64,000 nucleotides of DNA from positions 310,001-374,000 of the forward strand of contig CDMY01000227.1 in assembly GCA_001179505.1 (NCBI GenBank), read 5' to 3'. The DNA is from Vitrella brassicaformis CCMP3155. Taxonomy: Eukaryota > Protista > Chromerida. The notes under the pieces are model-generated. The model had not been told where the DNA came from, made no database searches, and saw only the letters and a list, made by a program, of their open reading frames with translations. Of the stretch, positions 1-12,550 are shown in pieces (positions within the stretch are counted from its first letter, which is position 1; every line of letters begins with the position of its first letter). The position numbers were made by a program, and so were the translations under genes.

Positions 1-481
1 GCTGCAGGGCGTGTGGGCCCCCTGTGTGTCTGTATGTCTGTGTGGTTGTTCAGCACCCCGTCTGAGCGTCCCACAGCGTCAGCGTTGCTGAGGCATCCCT
101 TTCTGCGGCAGGCAGCCATGCGACACGCGGCGAAGGCCAAACGGGACACACCTGGCCGCAGCCGGGAAAGCCAGTGAGTGGAGAGAGAGAGAGAGAGAGA
201 GAGAGGGTGTAGGCTTTAGATGTAGGTGTAGGGGACGGCTGTGTGAAGATAGCTATGTATGTGTGTGCGACAGCCATCAGGAAGTATTGATTTACTTGTC
301 TGTAAGGTGTCACCATACATACGCACTGCGGCGCACGCTTCCCCCCATGACTCGGCTCAGTCAAATCTCACCGATAAGGTTTGTCTTCATATCGTGAAGA
401 AGTGCAGGCAGGACTTGTTTGCTTGGTCGGTCACTCGGGGATGTGGGATCAAAGACAGGAAATATAAAATGTAGGCAGCTA

Positions 482-1758
482 TCAGCAAAGACCTTTACCC
501 CCACAGCGCTCAGCACCACAATCAACAAGCCAGGCAGCCCCATGTAACATCAACAGGCAGGCGTTGATGTCGTTGAGGTCGGTATTGTTGTAGGTGGCAC
601 ACCGGTCTCGAGGTCTTGCCGACTGGCTGTGTCGCCAGCCAGTGGTTTGCGGGAAAATGGAAAGATAAGTCGCCGACAAATACAAAAATGTCGGCAGCGA
701 TTTGAAAACACCTGCGATAGGGAAAATGTTCACACACATGTGTCTTCGCATTTCTCGGCAAGTGACGTAGTTCCGTATTGTGTACCTGCAAGGCAATCAA
801 GCGCTCGCTCAAGCTGCCCGCTGCGACTTGGAGGCGTGCAGCGCCCAAAGCAAACCCAGCAAAGCGAAGCAAACCGAAGCAAACCTGCGTCTTGCTTGTA
901 TCGATGCAAGACAAATCAATGCAAGCAAAGCAAAGCAAGGCAAAGCAAGGCCCAAGCCAAAGGTGACGAGGGAGAGGAGACAAGCAAAGCAAAGCAAAGC
1001 AAAGCCAAGCCACCAGGTCCGTGTGCTGTGGTCGAACCCCCCGACACGCTCGCCCAGCCCACCGTCGAGAGATGACATAAGGGGCGCAGACCTCGGCGCA
1101 CACGAGCTCGGCGAAGATGATACACGCGATGTAGAGTCCCCTACACACGAACCTGTTCCCTGGTAACGCCAGGAGACAGGCAGAGCAAAAGATCACCCTC
1201 AGATGCCGCCAGACGCTGCTTTTGTAGCATCTCCAGCAGAGCGGCGGGAGGGGGATCTATGCTGCTGTGCCGCGGGGGAAGGAAATAGAGCTGTCTCGGC
1301 TGAGGATGTGCAGCTCCCCGTCCGCCGCATCTCGCCACAGAAACCAGACCAGATGCGGTCGTTGACGATCAGCTGGTCCGACAAATATGGAATGTAGGCA
1401 GCCATCAAAGCCGGCCAACTGTCTCCGGCGAGCTGCGGAAAAGGAATCCCTCGACCGCCTCGCGCTAAATGCCAGTCGAGTTCTGCTGCAGGTTGAGCTG
1501 TGTCTCTCTGCTGCCGTTGTGGCCATTGTGGCCGTTCTGCGTCCTTCCATTCCCGTTGTGGACGCCCTGCATGTTGGGGCTGCCGTGCTTCAGGCCAGCC
1601 TCAGGTGTCTTCTTCCTGCATTGGGTTGCCATCTGCAGACGTCGATCTCTCGGCTTGCTAGAAACCGGGGCCCCTGACGCTTGCAGAGAGTAGATTACGA
1701 AGCCCCCGAGACCAATCACTGTACCGCCCCACCAGATTCTCAATGAAGATGGCCACAC
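482..1758 (-). CDS. Possible multi-exon hypothetical membrane protein (exon chain not resolved; may extend beyond these bounds)
   Basis: GC3-rich hydrophobic segments such as GLYIACIIFAELVCAEVCAPYVIS (~1070-1140) and GVFKSLPTFLYLSATYLSIFP (~650-710) are flanked by AG/GT sites and microsatellite introns. No recognisable family motif. Confidence 0.3.
845..1012. repeat. Degenerate (GCAAA)n pentanucleotide microsatellite, probably intronic
   Basis: Visible runs such as aagcaaagcaaagcaaggcaaagcaagg and caagcaaagcaaagcaaagcaaagcc. Confidence 0.85.
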
Positions 1759-2438
1759 CTGTGATCAGCTGCCAAAAGCACTATATGTGCGATACACAGG
1801 ACCAGTGCAGATCCGCTGCATCGTCGCTCAGGGCGCGAGAAGCCACATCGACACCAGCGCCGACTCTTTGCTTCACCCCCAGCCCGTCCTCGAGCCCCAC
1901 CCCAGCCGCAGCCGCAGCGGTGGAAGCAACTGCCTCTCTGAATCGCCTGAAGAGGAGAGAAGGGCATGCCCACGCCCATCACCGCCACTTCTGCGGACAC
2001 CTTGCCATTGAGAACAGGGAGTATGACACGCAGGAAGAAGTGCTCACCTGACGGAGACAAAGGTATGGCACGTGGTATGGCGCACTGCCCAGCTGCCAGG
2101 CGGACGACAGGCACTCGCCAGCCGCTCGCAGAAGGCGGGTCGCCACCTGCCACGGAGGCTGGTCAAGGAAGTGGCGGGCGGCTCCGGACAAAAGGGGAGG
2201 CATGGGAGGGGGCGGGGCGGACCACGGAAACCAACAGCCAGCTCAAACGAAAAAGAAACAGAGGCGGTGTGGCTGACCAAAGTCTGGAGAGCTGCGAACG
2301 GCCGAAAATTGCAAAGAACGAGTGAAGAAGGGAGAGACGGAAAGACCCGTCTCGGCGAGAATTCTCGAGCGCTTTGAGCTTGCGGCATTCCTCTTTTGTT
2401 GGGCGAGCATCACACACCTCAACAAAGGGAGCATAGTT

Positions 2439-3685
2439 ATGGCGCACAAGAAAGATTCGTCATCCGTTGCCACGTCAGCTGGTCCGGCGGCGGAGAAGGG
2501 TCTGAAGATCATCGGAGCTGGTAAGCAGGAACGTGACAGCAGTCGCACAACACCAGCATCCGTGCGTGTGCATGCGTGTAGGTTACGGGCGCACCGGGTG
2601 GGTGGATGCACAGGCAGATGATATACTCCATCATCTCTTTTAGCAGTGGGTGATTCGCTTGCAGGACCTTCTCTCTCAAGAATGCTCTGGAGCAGCTGGG
2701 CTACCCGTGTTACCACATGGCGGAGCTATTCGCCAACCCTGCAAGGATGCCCGTGTGGCGGGAGATCACGAGGAAGAACGGCAAGGGCGTTGACTGGGAC
2801 GCCGTCTTCGACGGCTTCACAGCAACAACCGACTGGCCCGCTGCGCCCTTCTTCGATGAGCTCTTCCAGGCATACCCCGACGCAAAGGTGAGCACTCACA
2901 TGGAGAGAGATGCCTGGCTGGCTGGTCTCATTTCAGGTCTGTTGTGTCTGCCTTGCGTGTGAGTGTGCGTGCAGGTGGTTTTGACGGTGAGAGACCCCTC
3001 CAAGTGGTACCAAAGCATCCGACAGTACGCCACTCATGCAGATGCACGCACGCCACTCAACACACACGAGACAAGGGCTCTCTGAGGACATCTGCCGGCC
3101 GGCCTCTCTCTCTGGTTGTGCAGGACGGTCATCAGTTTCCGGAAGCACCGCAAGTCGCCCATCTACCGACTGGGTCTGCGCCTCTGCCCCATCTTTGTTT
3201 TGCGCGAGTTCCAGCGGATGTGGCACGAGCTGCAGCTGGCCCGCCCATTCACCGACGCATTTGACTTCGACGAGATGACCGAGGAGGGCACCGTGGCCAT
3301 GTTCAACCAGTGGACACAGCACGTCAAGGAGACTGTCCCGCCACAACAGCTGCTCGTGTACGAGGTGGGCAAGGATCTCACCCCGAGGCACGCTCACATG
3401 TCCTCACTGCGCGTGCCTGTGTGTGTGTGTGTGTGTGTGTGTGTCGATCAGGTGAGGGACGGTTGGGGCCCGTTGTGTGCTTTCCTAGGCCATTCCATCC
3501 CCTCCACACCCTTTCCTAACCTGAATGACGTCGAGACGTGGAAGCGAAGGGCGCCGAGTGGGGAGAGACTGCTGTATGGCATTGGCTATACTACGGTGGG
3601 GCTTGCTGCACTCGCTTCTGTGGGGGTCGCCTGGGCTCTGCTCACTGCTGTAGGAGCAGCTGCTCGAGCAAAGACACGGGCGTAG
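2439..3685 (+). CDS. P-loop sulfotransferase-family protein (Sulfotransfer_4-like) with C-terminal hydrophobic anchor, spliced
   Basis: Spliced product: KIIGAG|YGRTG|TFSLKNALEQLGYPCYHM, TTDWPAAPFFDELFQAYPDAKV|VLTVRDPSKWYQS, PPQQLLVYEV|RDGWGPLCAFLG..PFPNLND. These are the typical family motifs. Canonical GT-AG introns. Confidence 0.85.
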
Positions 3686-4880
3686 AGAGAAGACAGCTGT
3701 GTGTACGTGTGTGTGTAGTGCTTTGTCATGTCATGTACATTATGGGCAGGTAGGTGATCTAAATGGATGGATGGGATGGATGGTGTGTGTGTTCCTGCGG
3801 TTTATGCTTTCAGTGACGCAGGTCACTGCGTGAACGTCAGGATGTGCCGGCCAGTCGAAAAGACAGACACAGTCTTGCTTGGGGGCTTCTTGGTTGGTTG
3901 GTTGGTTGGGCGGGCGGGTGGGTGGGTGGCCGGACAGACAGCAAGAAGAGAGGAAAGAGACACGTCTGTTGTTTTTCGGCCGGTGCTGCATCGGGCGTTC
4001 TCTTTTCGGCGGGCTCGTGTGTGCTCACCGCCTCTCAGGAGAGATGCGTCGATTCTCGGTCTCTTTGCTGTACTTCGGCCGGTGCAGCGGTGCGTGTCCC
4101 TAAGTAGCGGATGGATGGATGGATGGACGGGCGAGATCGCGGCCATGTGTGCGCAGACAATGTACGTTCCTTTGTGCTGACGAGAAACTGGTTGCACGGT
4201 CAGACATGTCTGCCCTTTGGGCGACAAACACATGTGTGACAGACACACACACAGATACACAAACGTGAACGTGCACATCAACAGATAGAGTTGCCGTACG
4301 TAAGCAACTCACTCCCTTCTGCTGTCTCTGTCACTCACTTGCCTCAGGAATCGCTTTCGTCTGACCTGTGTGGAGCACTAGCCACGCCAGCCAGACCAAG
4401 CACAGGCTGACGCACATCCACAGATAAAAGCGGCAGCTCGACCGCTCGTACACTCATCAAGGCTGACTGACCCCCATTTCGCTGTTTCGGTCCGCTGAGT
4501 CTGTCACTAACTTGTCACCAGAGTCTGCGTCCCATGGCGCGAGTGGAGAATTTGCCACATCGACCACGACACGCACGCCACGGTGACAAGCCAGAGACAG
4601 AGCCAGGTGCCAGGAGACGGGGACGTGTACAGACCAGACCGACTGTGTCGGCAATGCAGCGTATACAGAGATCGAAAAAGCGGATCAACCATCGTCTGCC
4701 CGGCTGGCTAGTGGTGTACGTATATAGTATGTGCACTCTCGCCTCTCTCGTCTCTCCTTGAAAGTGCACTGCTCTCTCAGACAGACACACACACGACACC
4801 ACTGGCACAAACCAAAAAGACCCAATCCAATGCCAAACCACACCAACAATCGCCCCACCTCCCCCCCGCGGGGAAAAACA

Positions 4881-7800
4881 CTAGGGCGTGAACACCGTCC
4901 TGGGCACATATGGCTCGAACGGCTCGAGCGATGGCGGCGGTCCCTCTGCCGGGAACGTCTTGACCCAGTCGTTGAATTTGGCGCGGCAGTCCTTGATCTC
5001 GGGGTCATCCATGTCGGGGGCCGGGGCCGTCGGCGCGCCGTCCGCCTTGCCTTTCAAGCTCTCGGTTGGGAGTTTCGAGGCCTGGGTATGGAACTGCCAC
5101 GCCCAGATGTCCGCATAGTAGACCACCGACTGCATGCGGGGCAGCCGGATCGACTCGCACTCGCGCAGGATCGTGGGCACCACGTCGGCCGGCAACTCCA
5201 CATGGCTGTGGCCATTCACATCGGCAGACATTCACACAGGATGAGAACGAAAATGGTGACCGGTTGAATCACATTTCCTCCTCCTCTGTCCGGTCAATCT
5301 TGCCTGGCTTGTGGGTGGTGCCGTTCGTCATGTCGCCGTTGCTCACGGTGGTCGTGTTCGGTGCCTGAATGTTTGGCACGTGTTTCTCGAACATGTCGAT
5401 GAGCACGCTGACGTCCTCAAAGGTCATGTTGGCCCCCTGGCCGGGGCCAGGATAGGGCGCATGGGCGGCGTCGCCGATCATGATAACGCGGCCCTGTGTG
5501 TCAACCGACGAACATACACAGTCAGGCAGGCCATCGAGCATCTTCTCATTGCAGGCCACTGTTACCTTGGGTGTGGTGATGGTGGATGTGGCGGCCCTGT
5601 CGTAGATGCACCGCTCGTAGATCTTCTCCTCCGGTGTGGCCCCCACCATGCAAATGATCTCCGACATGTCGGGCTGCGTCTCACCGGCCGGTATCTGCGG
5701 CTTCCCACCCTCTTGGCCGATAGGCACTGCCAGGTCAGTGCCGTCACGCAGGCCACGAAGTAGGTGCTCTTTGAGACCTTGGCGCCCCGCAACGGCGCGG
5801 TGACCGGCCTTGGACAACTCAGGCACTCGGATCTGAACACAAAAGCACAGTCAATCGAATGTGCGGGTCAATGAGAATCTATTGACTGTGTAAGATTCGA
5901 GGGCTTTGTGTCCATATGTGCAAGTGCGTGGGTCACCCACCTGCCAGAAGACGTGTGTGCCGACATCAATGATATACGCCAAGACGTTCGGGCAGTCTGA
6001 TGTGAGGGCGACTGTGCCGCGCTCTGTGTAGGGCAGCGGCACGCCCTCGGACTCGGCGTAGCGCGCGATGTCCTGCAACGCAACAAGTACCAGATTATGA
6101 ATATACACTTGTAGAGAGGCGTCGATGGCCGGCTCCTACTTCTTTCTTGACGAGTGCGTTCCAGTTGAGGAAGCCATGGTACTTGGGCGGGTCCTCGATC
6201 ATCAGCGCCGCAGCAGCCGACCCCTGGCCGTCTTTCGTGACCTGCATTACGCCGTCGCGCTTCTCACGATGCCGCGATAAGATCTGGGGCCGGAGGGCCG
6301 AGAAAGCGCCGTCGACAGCCACGATCATCTTGGCCCTGGAAGATGAGTGCACTCACAGGGAAGGATGGCCACGGCTGGGGTGATTCCGTGTAATGGTCGG
6401 TCACACTGACCTGACTTGCTCGTTCCTGCCCTCGAACACGAGTGTCGCGCCGGTGTCGTCCTCAGTGAAGTCGCGACCGCCGCAGCTGCAGTGGATGACC
6501 TCGTCGGGCACGTGGGAGGCGAAGATGTTCTGTGCCTTGGTCCAGCGGATGGTCACCTCGCCGTTGCCCTTCTTATCGACGCGGATTGTCTTGACCTGGA
6601 TGGATGAGCACCACGACATACAGCAGGGATAGGTATGTGGGCGCATATGAAAGTATGTGTACCTCCTTGCCCAGCATGCGTTGATGTAGGGCTACGGTCG
6701 GGTCCATGACGCCAGAGGCCAACATGGTATCTGCAATGTCGCACTTCACCCGCCTCACTGCCGATATTCCGTTCGTGAAGGCCATGAAAATGCCCTGCAC
6801 ACACGGCACAATCAACAGTGGAAAGGGTCCTTCCCATCTCCCTCTCTCTCTCTGTCTGTCTCTGGCTGACCTGCGATGCATTTCTCAGAGCAGGGGCACG
6901 CTCAAACACATGGGCGTCGATGCCACGACATCTGACGTACACACACGTACACACAGAGACCATCATCACACAGGAAGTAGTAGATATCTCTCCCCTCTCC
7001 CGGCCACACTCACTCACCTCAGCCCGGCGCACAGCAGCAGGCCGCCAAGCCCACCTCCGACAATGGCCACGTCCACATGCGTCGGCAGTGGCTTTGCCGC
7101 AGCCAACAGGGGCCGCGACACGCCCATCGTCGATGGCCGCAGCACCATGTGCTCCAACGTCGTCCCACACGCCTGCACCAAACAACCACACCGTGCACGG
7201 ACACCATCTTTCCCAGCCCGCCCACCTACCTGTTGTATCTTCTCGCATGTGGCTGGTGTGGACAGTTCAAAATGGCCCGTGAGGCCTCCATCGATCCTGG
7301 CGCTGCGGACGGCCTCTTGGATGGCGATGAAGACGGATGTGCTGCCGAGGAGGGGCGGCTCGCCCACCGCCTTGCTGCTCGCGAAGCCCTGGGGATGGGA
7401 GGTCTTCTCCAACAGACGCACGCGCATGTCACTGAAGCACAGAGAGAGAGAGAGAGAGAGAGGTGCACAGTGTTTGTTAGTATGTTGTGTGGTGGTTGGG
7501 GGGACGGGCGTACGTTGGGATATCGCCGGCGAGTGGTGGTTTGTATTCCCACGTGCCGTCGGTGAGGAGGCGGCCGGTCGACTCGTCGATGACCACCTCC
7601 TCGCTCGTGTGGAAGCCGATGCCCTGCAGTGCATGTCACAATATGCGGGACACACACCGAATGAATGCGGCACACGCAAGGCACAAGACATGTGCTCTCT
7701 CTGTGTATGACGCACCATGACCAGCGCGCCCTCAGCCTGCCCGATGTCAATCAAAGGATTCAGACTCCTTTACACACACAGCATACAAACCCCAAAGATT

Positions 7801-10800
7801 ACCACACATGGAAGTCCCCATTTCTTTCCCTCCCTTCCTCCCGCCCTCCCTCTATCCTCCCCTCCCTCTCGCGTACTTGCCGCAGTCGTAGAGCATCTCG
7901 CAGTAGTGGATGCGCCTCTCCCCTGTCAGCACGTCGATCTCCACCTCACTCACGGCCGCGCCATAGGTGTCGTAGAACTCAAAAGGCTTGCCGCTGAGGG
8001 GCTTGTACTCGCCCTGCTGCTGCAGGCTCACCTTGGCCCCATCAGCTGCCGTGATGACCTCTCGCCACCTGTCCGCCACACTCGCGTCACCCTGCGCACA
8101 CAACACACACACACATGAAGACAGTGCGATGGTGTGAGTGACCTACGGACACACCCACCGGTTTGCAGAAGGGCATGAGTTTGTCCACGAGCTTGGTGGC
8201 CGCGTCGTGGATGGCCCAGCACATCCTCTCTGATGCGGTTGAGCCGGCCGATGGGCCGGGGTTGGGCATGAATGCCGTGTCCAGGTCGGCCATGCGCACC
8301 AGGGAGGTGGGGAGCGCCTCGCCGAACAGACCCATTCCCAGGGTCTCGCACGCCGTCTGGGAGATGGATACATACACACATCATGGGCGACAGGCTGATG
8401 GACGTGGTGTGTGTTTGTGCGCGTGTGTGTGTGTGTGTGTGTGTGTGTATTTACCTGGACGGTTTTGATGGAGAGACCCTGGCCCATCTCCACCCCCTCA
8501 TGATGCAACACAACGCTGCCATCCTGCATCCAGGCACCATAGACACACAGACACACACACGAGGCATGCAGACACACCAGTGTCCTCTGATATACGCACC
8601 TTGTAGACGTTGATGAGTGCACTGCTGAAACTGAGCGGCCGAGGGTACCGCAACGTCGTCATCGCCAGGCCCCTCTTGCGCCACCGGTTGGCGGTGTTGA
8701 ACCGCTCCACCTCACTCTTCCGCCCCTCCCACCCACTGGTGGCCTTGAGCTCCTCCCATATCCTCGGCAACACATACGGCTCAGTCAGGGTGCGTGGTGG
8801 GGGCATCGGGCGGCCCATCATCGACACGGACGGGGGGCACATGTCTGTTGCCGTGGGCGAGTAGAAGTTGGTCTCGCGGACGGCTGATGGGTCCAGGTCG
8901 AGATGGTGAGCGATGCGCTGCAGCACCGACTCGATGAAGGTGGACGCCTCGGGGCCTGAATGGCGAACCAACACGTGGGAATGTGTGTTGGGGGGGGTGT
9001 GTGTGTGTGGTGGGGGTACCTCCTGGGCCTCTGACGGGAACTCTGAGAGGGAGGTTGGCCGTGTACATCTTGGTGGCGACGTGCAGGTGAGGGATGCTGT
9101 AGGTCTGGTCCACTGTCTCGGTGGCCTCCTTGCACCCGATGATGGCGCCGCCCTGCGTGACGCCACACACACACACACACAAACAGAAGGAATCGCACAA
9201 TCGGCCTACGCACACATGATATCGGCATATCAGCGCACCGGCACGGCCCCCGTGATGGCGTGTATGGTGGCCCTGAGAGCGTGGATGCGCCCCTTTTCGT
9301 CCACGGCAACAGCATACTCAAACTCCATCTCCTCACTGACACCAAGACATAGCCATCGACACAGACAATGATCGGCATCGACCCCAGTGCCTCTACGCCG
9401 TACCGTCCTCCGGTCATGGCGCAGTCCTGGTTCCGGTTGAGAACGAGCCGCACCGGGCGGTTGGTGGCCTTGGCGGCCACGGCCGCGTTGACGGCGTGGG
9501 GGATGGACAAAAAGGCCTTGCCGCCAAATCCGCCACCCAATCGACTGAAAGTCACACAGACAAGGGAATGGACAATGGTTGGATGGTGTGTGTGTGAGGG
9601 ACTTTCGCTCACCGAATCCTGATGTTGACCTTGTTGTGGGGGACATTGAGAGCACTAGCCACACTCGCATGTGTGTACTGCGGCCCCTGTGTGCTGGACC
9701 ACACTGTCATCGTCCCGTCCTCGTCAGGCACCGCATACGCCGCCTGTGGCTCCATGTAGAAGTGCAGCTGGCTCCCGCACTCAACCACACCTCGCAGCAC
9801 GTGCAGACCACCCTCTTTCGACCCCTCTGCCGCCAGCAGGTCGTCGAACTGCGAGACGTCGCCCTTCTTGGCCTCCATGGGGATGGGTGTGAGGGTGCTG
9901 GCTGCCCTGGCCTGGGCGAGTGTGACGACAGGCGGCTTGACGTCGTCCCAGGTGAGCTTGACGAGCTTGATGGCCTGCTCTGCCGCTGCGGACGTGGTGC
10001 CGAGCGCCAAGGCGGCCGGCTGCCCGAAGTACTTGGACCTGCCGCCGATGGGCACCATCACCTCCATCAGAGGCTTCCCTGCGACACACAGAAACACATG
10101 CATTGCATCCCTTCACCTGATGCCTCTTGGTGCTGTGTTGCGTACCGAATAAGGAGAAAATGTTGGTCCCAGGGATGTCAGCAGCGGTCACCACCTTGAC
10201 GACCCCTTCCACCCTCTCGGCCGCACTGCCGTCCACCGCCACCAGCCTGGCGTTGCCCTGGTCGCTCCCGACGTACACGCCGTACAGCGCCCCCTTGCCC
10301 ACATGGACGTCCCCGGTATACCTCGCCTCGCCGCTCGACACAAGATGCGCGTCAGGCTTGGGCAGTGGCTGCCACAGCACCGCGCCACCCTTGCCATCCG
10401 CCCTCCTTGTCTTCTCGCGTCCGTCTCTCTCCAGCTGTTCGGTCGACTCATCGACGGGAAGCACTTTGCCCATGGCGGGGTGGGATGACGGGACGGGCGG
10501 GGTGCTGAGGGACAGCTGTGGCTCGGCCGCCGAGAGGATGGATTGTGCGGGGGCGGTGGGGTGGGCGTCGGTGTAGGTGCCGCGGGCCTCCTCGGCCGCC
10601 AGCAGCACCAGGAACTTGTAGAGGTAGCTGCCGATGAGGGACCGGCGGAACGACTGACGGTCGAGGGAAGGGTCGATCGATATCTGAGCAGGACACACAC
10701 CACGACGGCTCTCTGTATCCACCCACACACATCCACACCACACCTTTTGTCGGCTGCTCTCTTACCTCTGATGTGATGAGCTTGACGGCCTCTCTGACGG

Positions 10801-12429
10801 TCTCGTCGGTGAGGCCATACGTCTTGAGGAAGCTCTCTGTCTTGACGGCCCGCTGCGGCACCGCCCCCACCGCCCCCACCACCAGGCGCACCTCACACGG
10901 ATGACGCACGACAGGGTCCAGCTCCATCCAGAAGGCCGCATTGGCGAAGGCGTGGGCGTACCGCGGCCGCATTGACGTCCTGTACGAGCGGAAGACGGAT
11001 TGTGTGGCGATTTCGTCCGACGGCAGGGGGATAGAGATGGACGTCACGATGAAGGCGTGCGAGGGGGGAGTGGTCCAGAGGGACTGCAGGGGGAGGGTGT
11101 GAGAGGTCCCACTGGATGGGTCGATGTACTCGATGGCCGCGTCCCATGCCGTCAGCAGGGGGGCGAGGTCGGAGTGGAAGCCCTTGTGGTGCACCAGCAT
11201 CAGGTTGCCCGCTACGCTGCCCATGTTGCGGACCTGCTTGCTCGCCACGGCATGCAGGTGCGATATGAGGGGCGTCAGGTGCGATTCGGCAAAGTGCCGC
11301 CCATCGCCTCGCGCCAAATCCTCCAGCGCCTTGACGAATGTCGACACGCTCACTCCGCCGCCGATGCGTATCTCACCCCCACCGTCCCTCTTGTGCGCCA
11401 CCGACACGTCCATCAGCAACGCAACGCGGTCGAGCGCAATCACCGTCGCCGCCGTGTCGTTTGTCCGCCAGCAGGATGACGGCGGGCCGTCCTTGTAGAT
11501 GCCGACAGACGTGTTGCCGAACACCAGACGGACGTTGGCCGCGCCGTCCTTCTTGGCCTGCTGCCATATGGTGATGGCCTTATCGAGTGTCGCCGGGCTG
11601 TGCCAGGTGACGCCCATGCTGCTGCTGGTGAATGATGAGGACGGCAGGGGGCCGGTGAGTGCGGGCGGGAGAGCGGGGGTGGGCCATTGGGATGGGGGAC
11701 AGGTGGTGAGGTCCTCGATGTCTGCGAGGCCGATCGATGACAGGTGGGGCGGCGCATCCTTGCAGAAACTGCGGCAAACGTCCCACAGAGGGCGGTAGCC
11801 TACATGCAGATGGAGAAACCATCGAACGATTCACGCACCCATTCCGTCCACTCACCGGTGCATCGGCATATGTTGCCATCGATCTTGCCCGCCATCTTGT
11901 CGCTTGTGAGCTCCCCATCCTCCCCAGTCAGGGCATCGTACAGGCTCACGACGAAGCCAGGGGTGCAGTAGCCACACTGCGACCCTCCCAGTGCCTGCAC
12001 ACGGCGGTGCAGCACCGCCGGCCCATCGCCTCGCTGCTTGTCATTCTGCAGTCCATGTGCCGTCGTGATGGCGCACCCCTGGACGGAGGGGAGGGGCTTG
12101 AGGCATGAGAGGGCCGTGTGGCGGTGGGTCTGAGAGGTGGCGGGATCGAGGCGCTCCACCAGGACGGTGCATGCTCCGCAGCCTGGGAGAAGAACACAGC
12201 ATACTCATGTGTGGGCGCTTGGCATGCTTGTCTCCAGGCGTGTGAGTGCAGTGCTCCGTGTACCGCCCTCAGCGCATCCGATCTTGACATTGGTGACATC
12301 GAGTGTGTCCCGGAGGTAGGCCGCCAGCGACACCGAGGGGTCCACTTCATGTGTCGGGATGCGCACCTCTCTGCTGTCCACAGTGAAGACAAGATCACCT
12401 CCTGCCGATGGCGCACTGGAGCCGGGCAT
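4881..12429 (-). CDS. Aldehyde oxidase/xanthine dehydrogenase-family molybdo-flavoenzyme fused in frame to a C-terminal class A FAD-dependent monooxygenase (copy 1, apparently complete)
   Basis: 2Fe-2S motifs KIGCAEGG|CGACTV and SQCGYCTPG..GNICRCTG. FAD domain LVFGNTSVG and QVRNMGSVAGN..SDLAPLL. Moco domains RLGGGFGGK, VRGPGGPEA, HHEGVEMGQGLSIK, LNPLIDIGQAEGA, GTWEYKPP, SSKAVGEPPL, PATCEKIQQ|ACG. Then with no stop: VDVAIVGGGLGG, FERAP, VAVDGAFSALR, GRVIMIGDAAHAPYPGPGQGANMTFED, ILRECESIRLPR, and TAG at 4881-4883. Confidence 0.92.
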
Positions 12430-12550
12430 GGTCGATGATGATTCACAAGACAGATGCTGTCACTGTGTTCCCCCCCTCTGCGCTCCTGGTGCGCTCGAAA
12501 TTCGTTCCTCTGTTTTCACGCTAAGCTCGCAGGGCGAGCTAAGAGGTGCC

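Noticed and set aside
845-1012. Spaced GCAAA repeats or other repeat arrays as CRISPR-like structures
   Set aside because: Simple degenerate microsatellites with no constant repeat/unique spacer pattern and no cas genes, in a eukaryotic context.
6706-7710. Long plus-strand ORF (334 aa) and similar ORFs opposite real genes (e.g. 14728-15408, 44819-45676, 52346-53044, 57619-58719)
   Set aside because: Antisense shadows of GC-rich exons. They contain intron microsatellite translations and no motifs.
4881-12429. Xanthine dehydrogenase + HpxO urate hydroxylase purine-catabolism fusion
   Set aside because: The Glu802 and Arg880 equivalents needed for xanthine specificity appear replaced. Kept only as a lower-ranked hypothesis.
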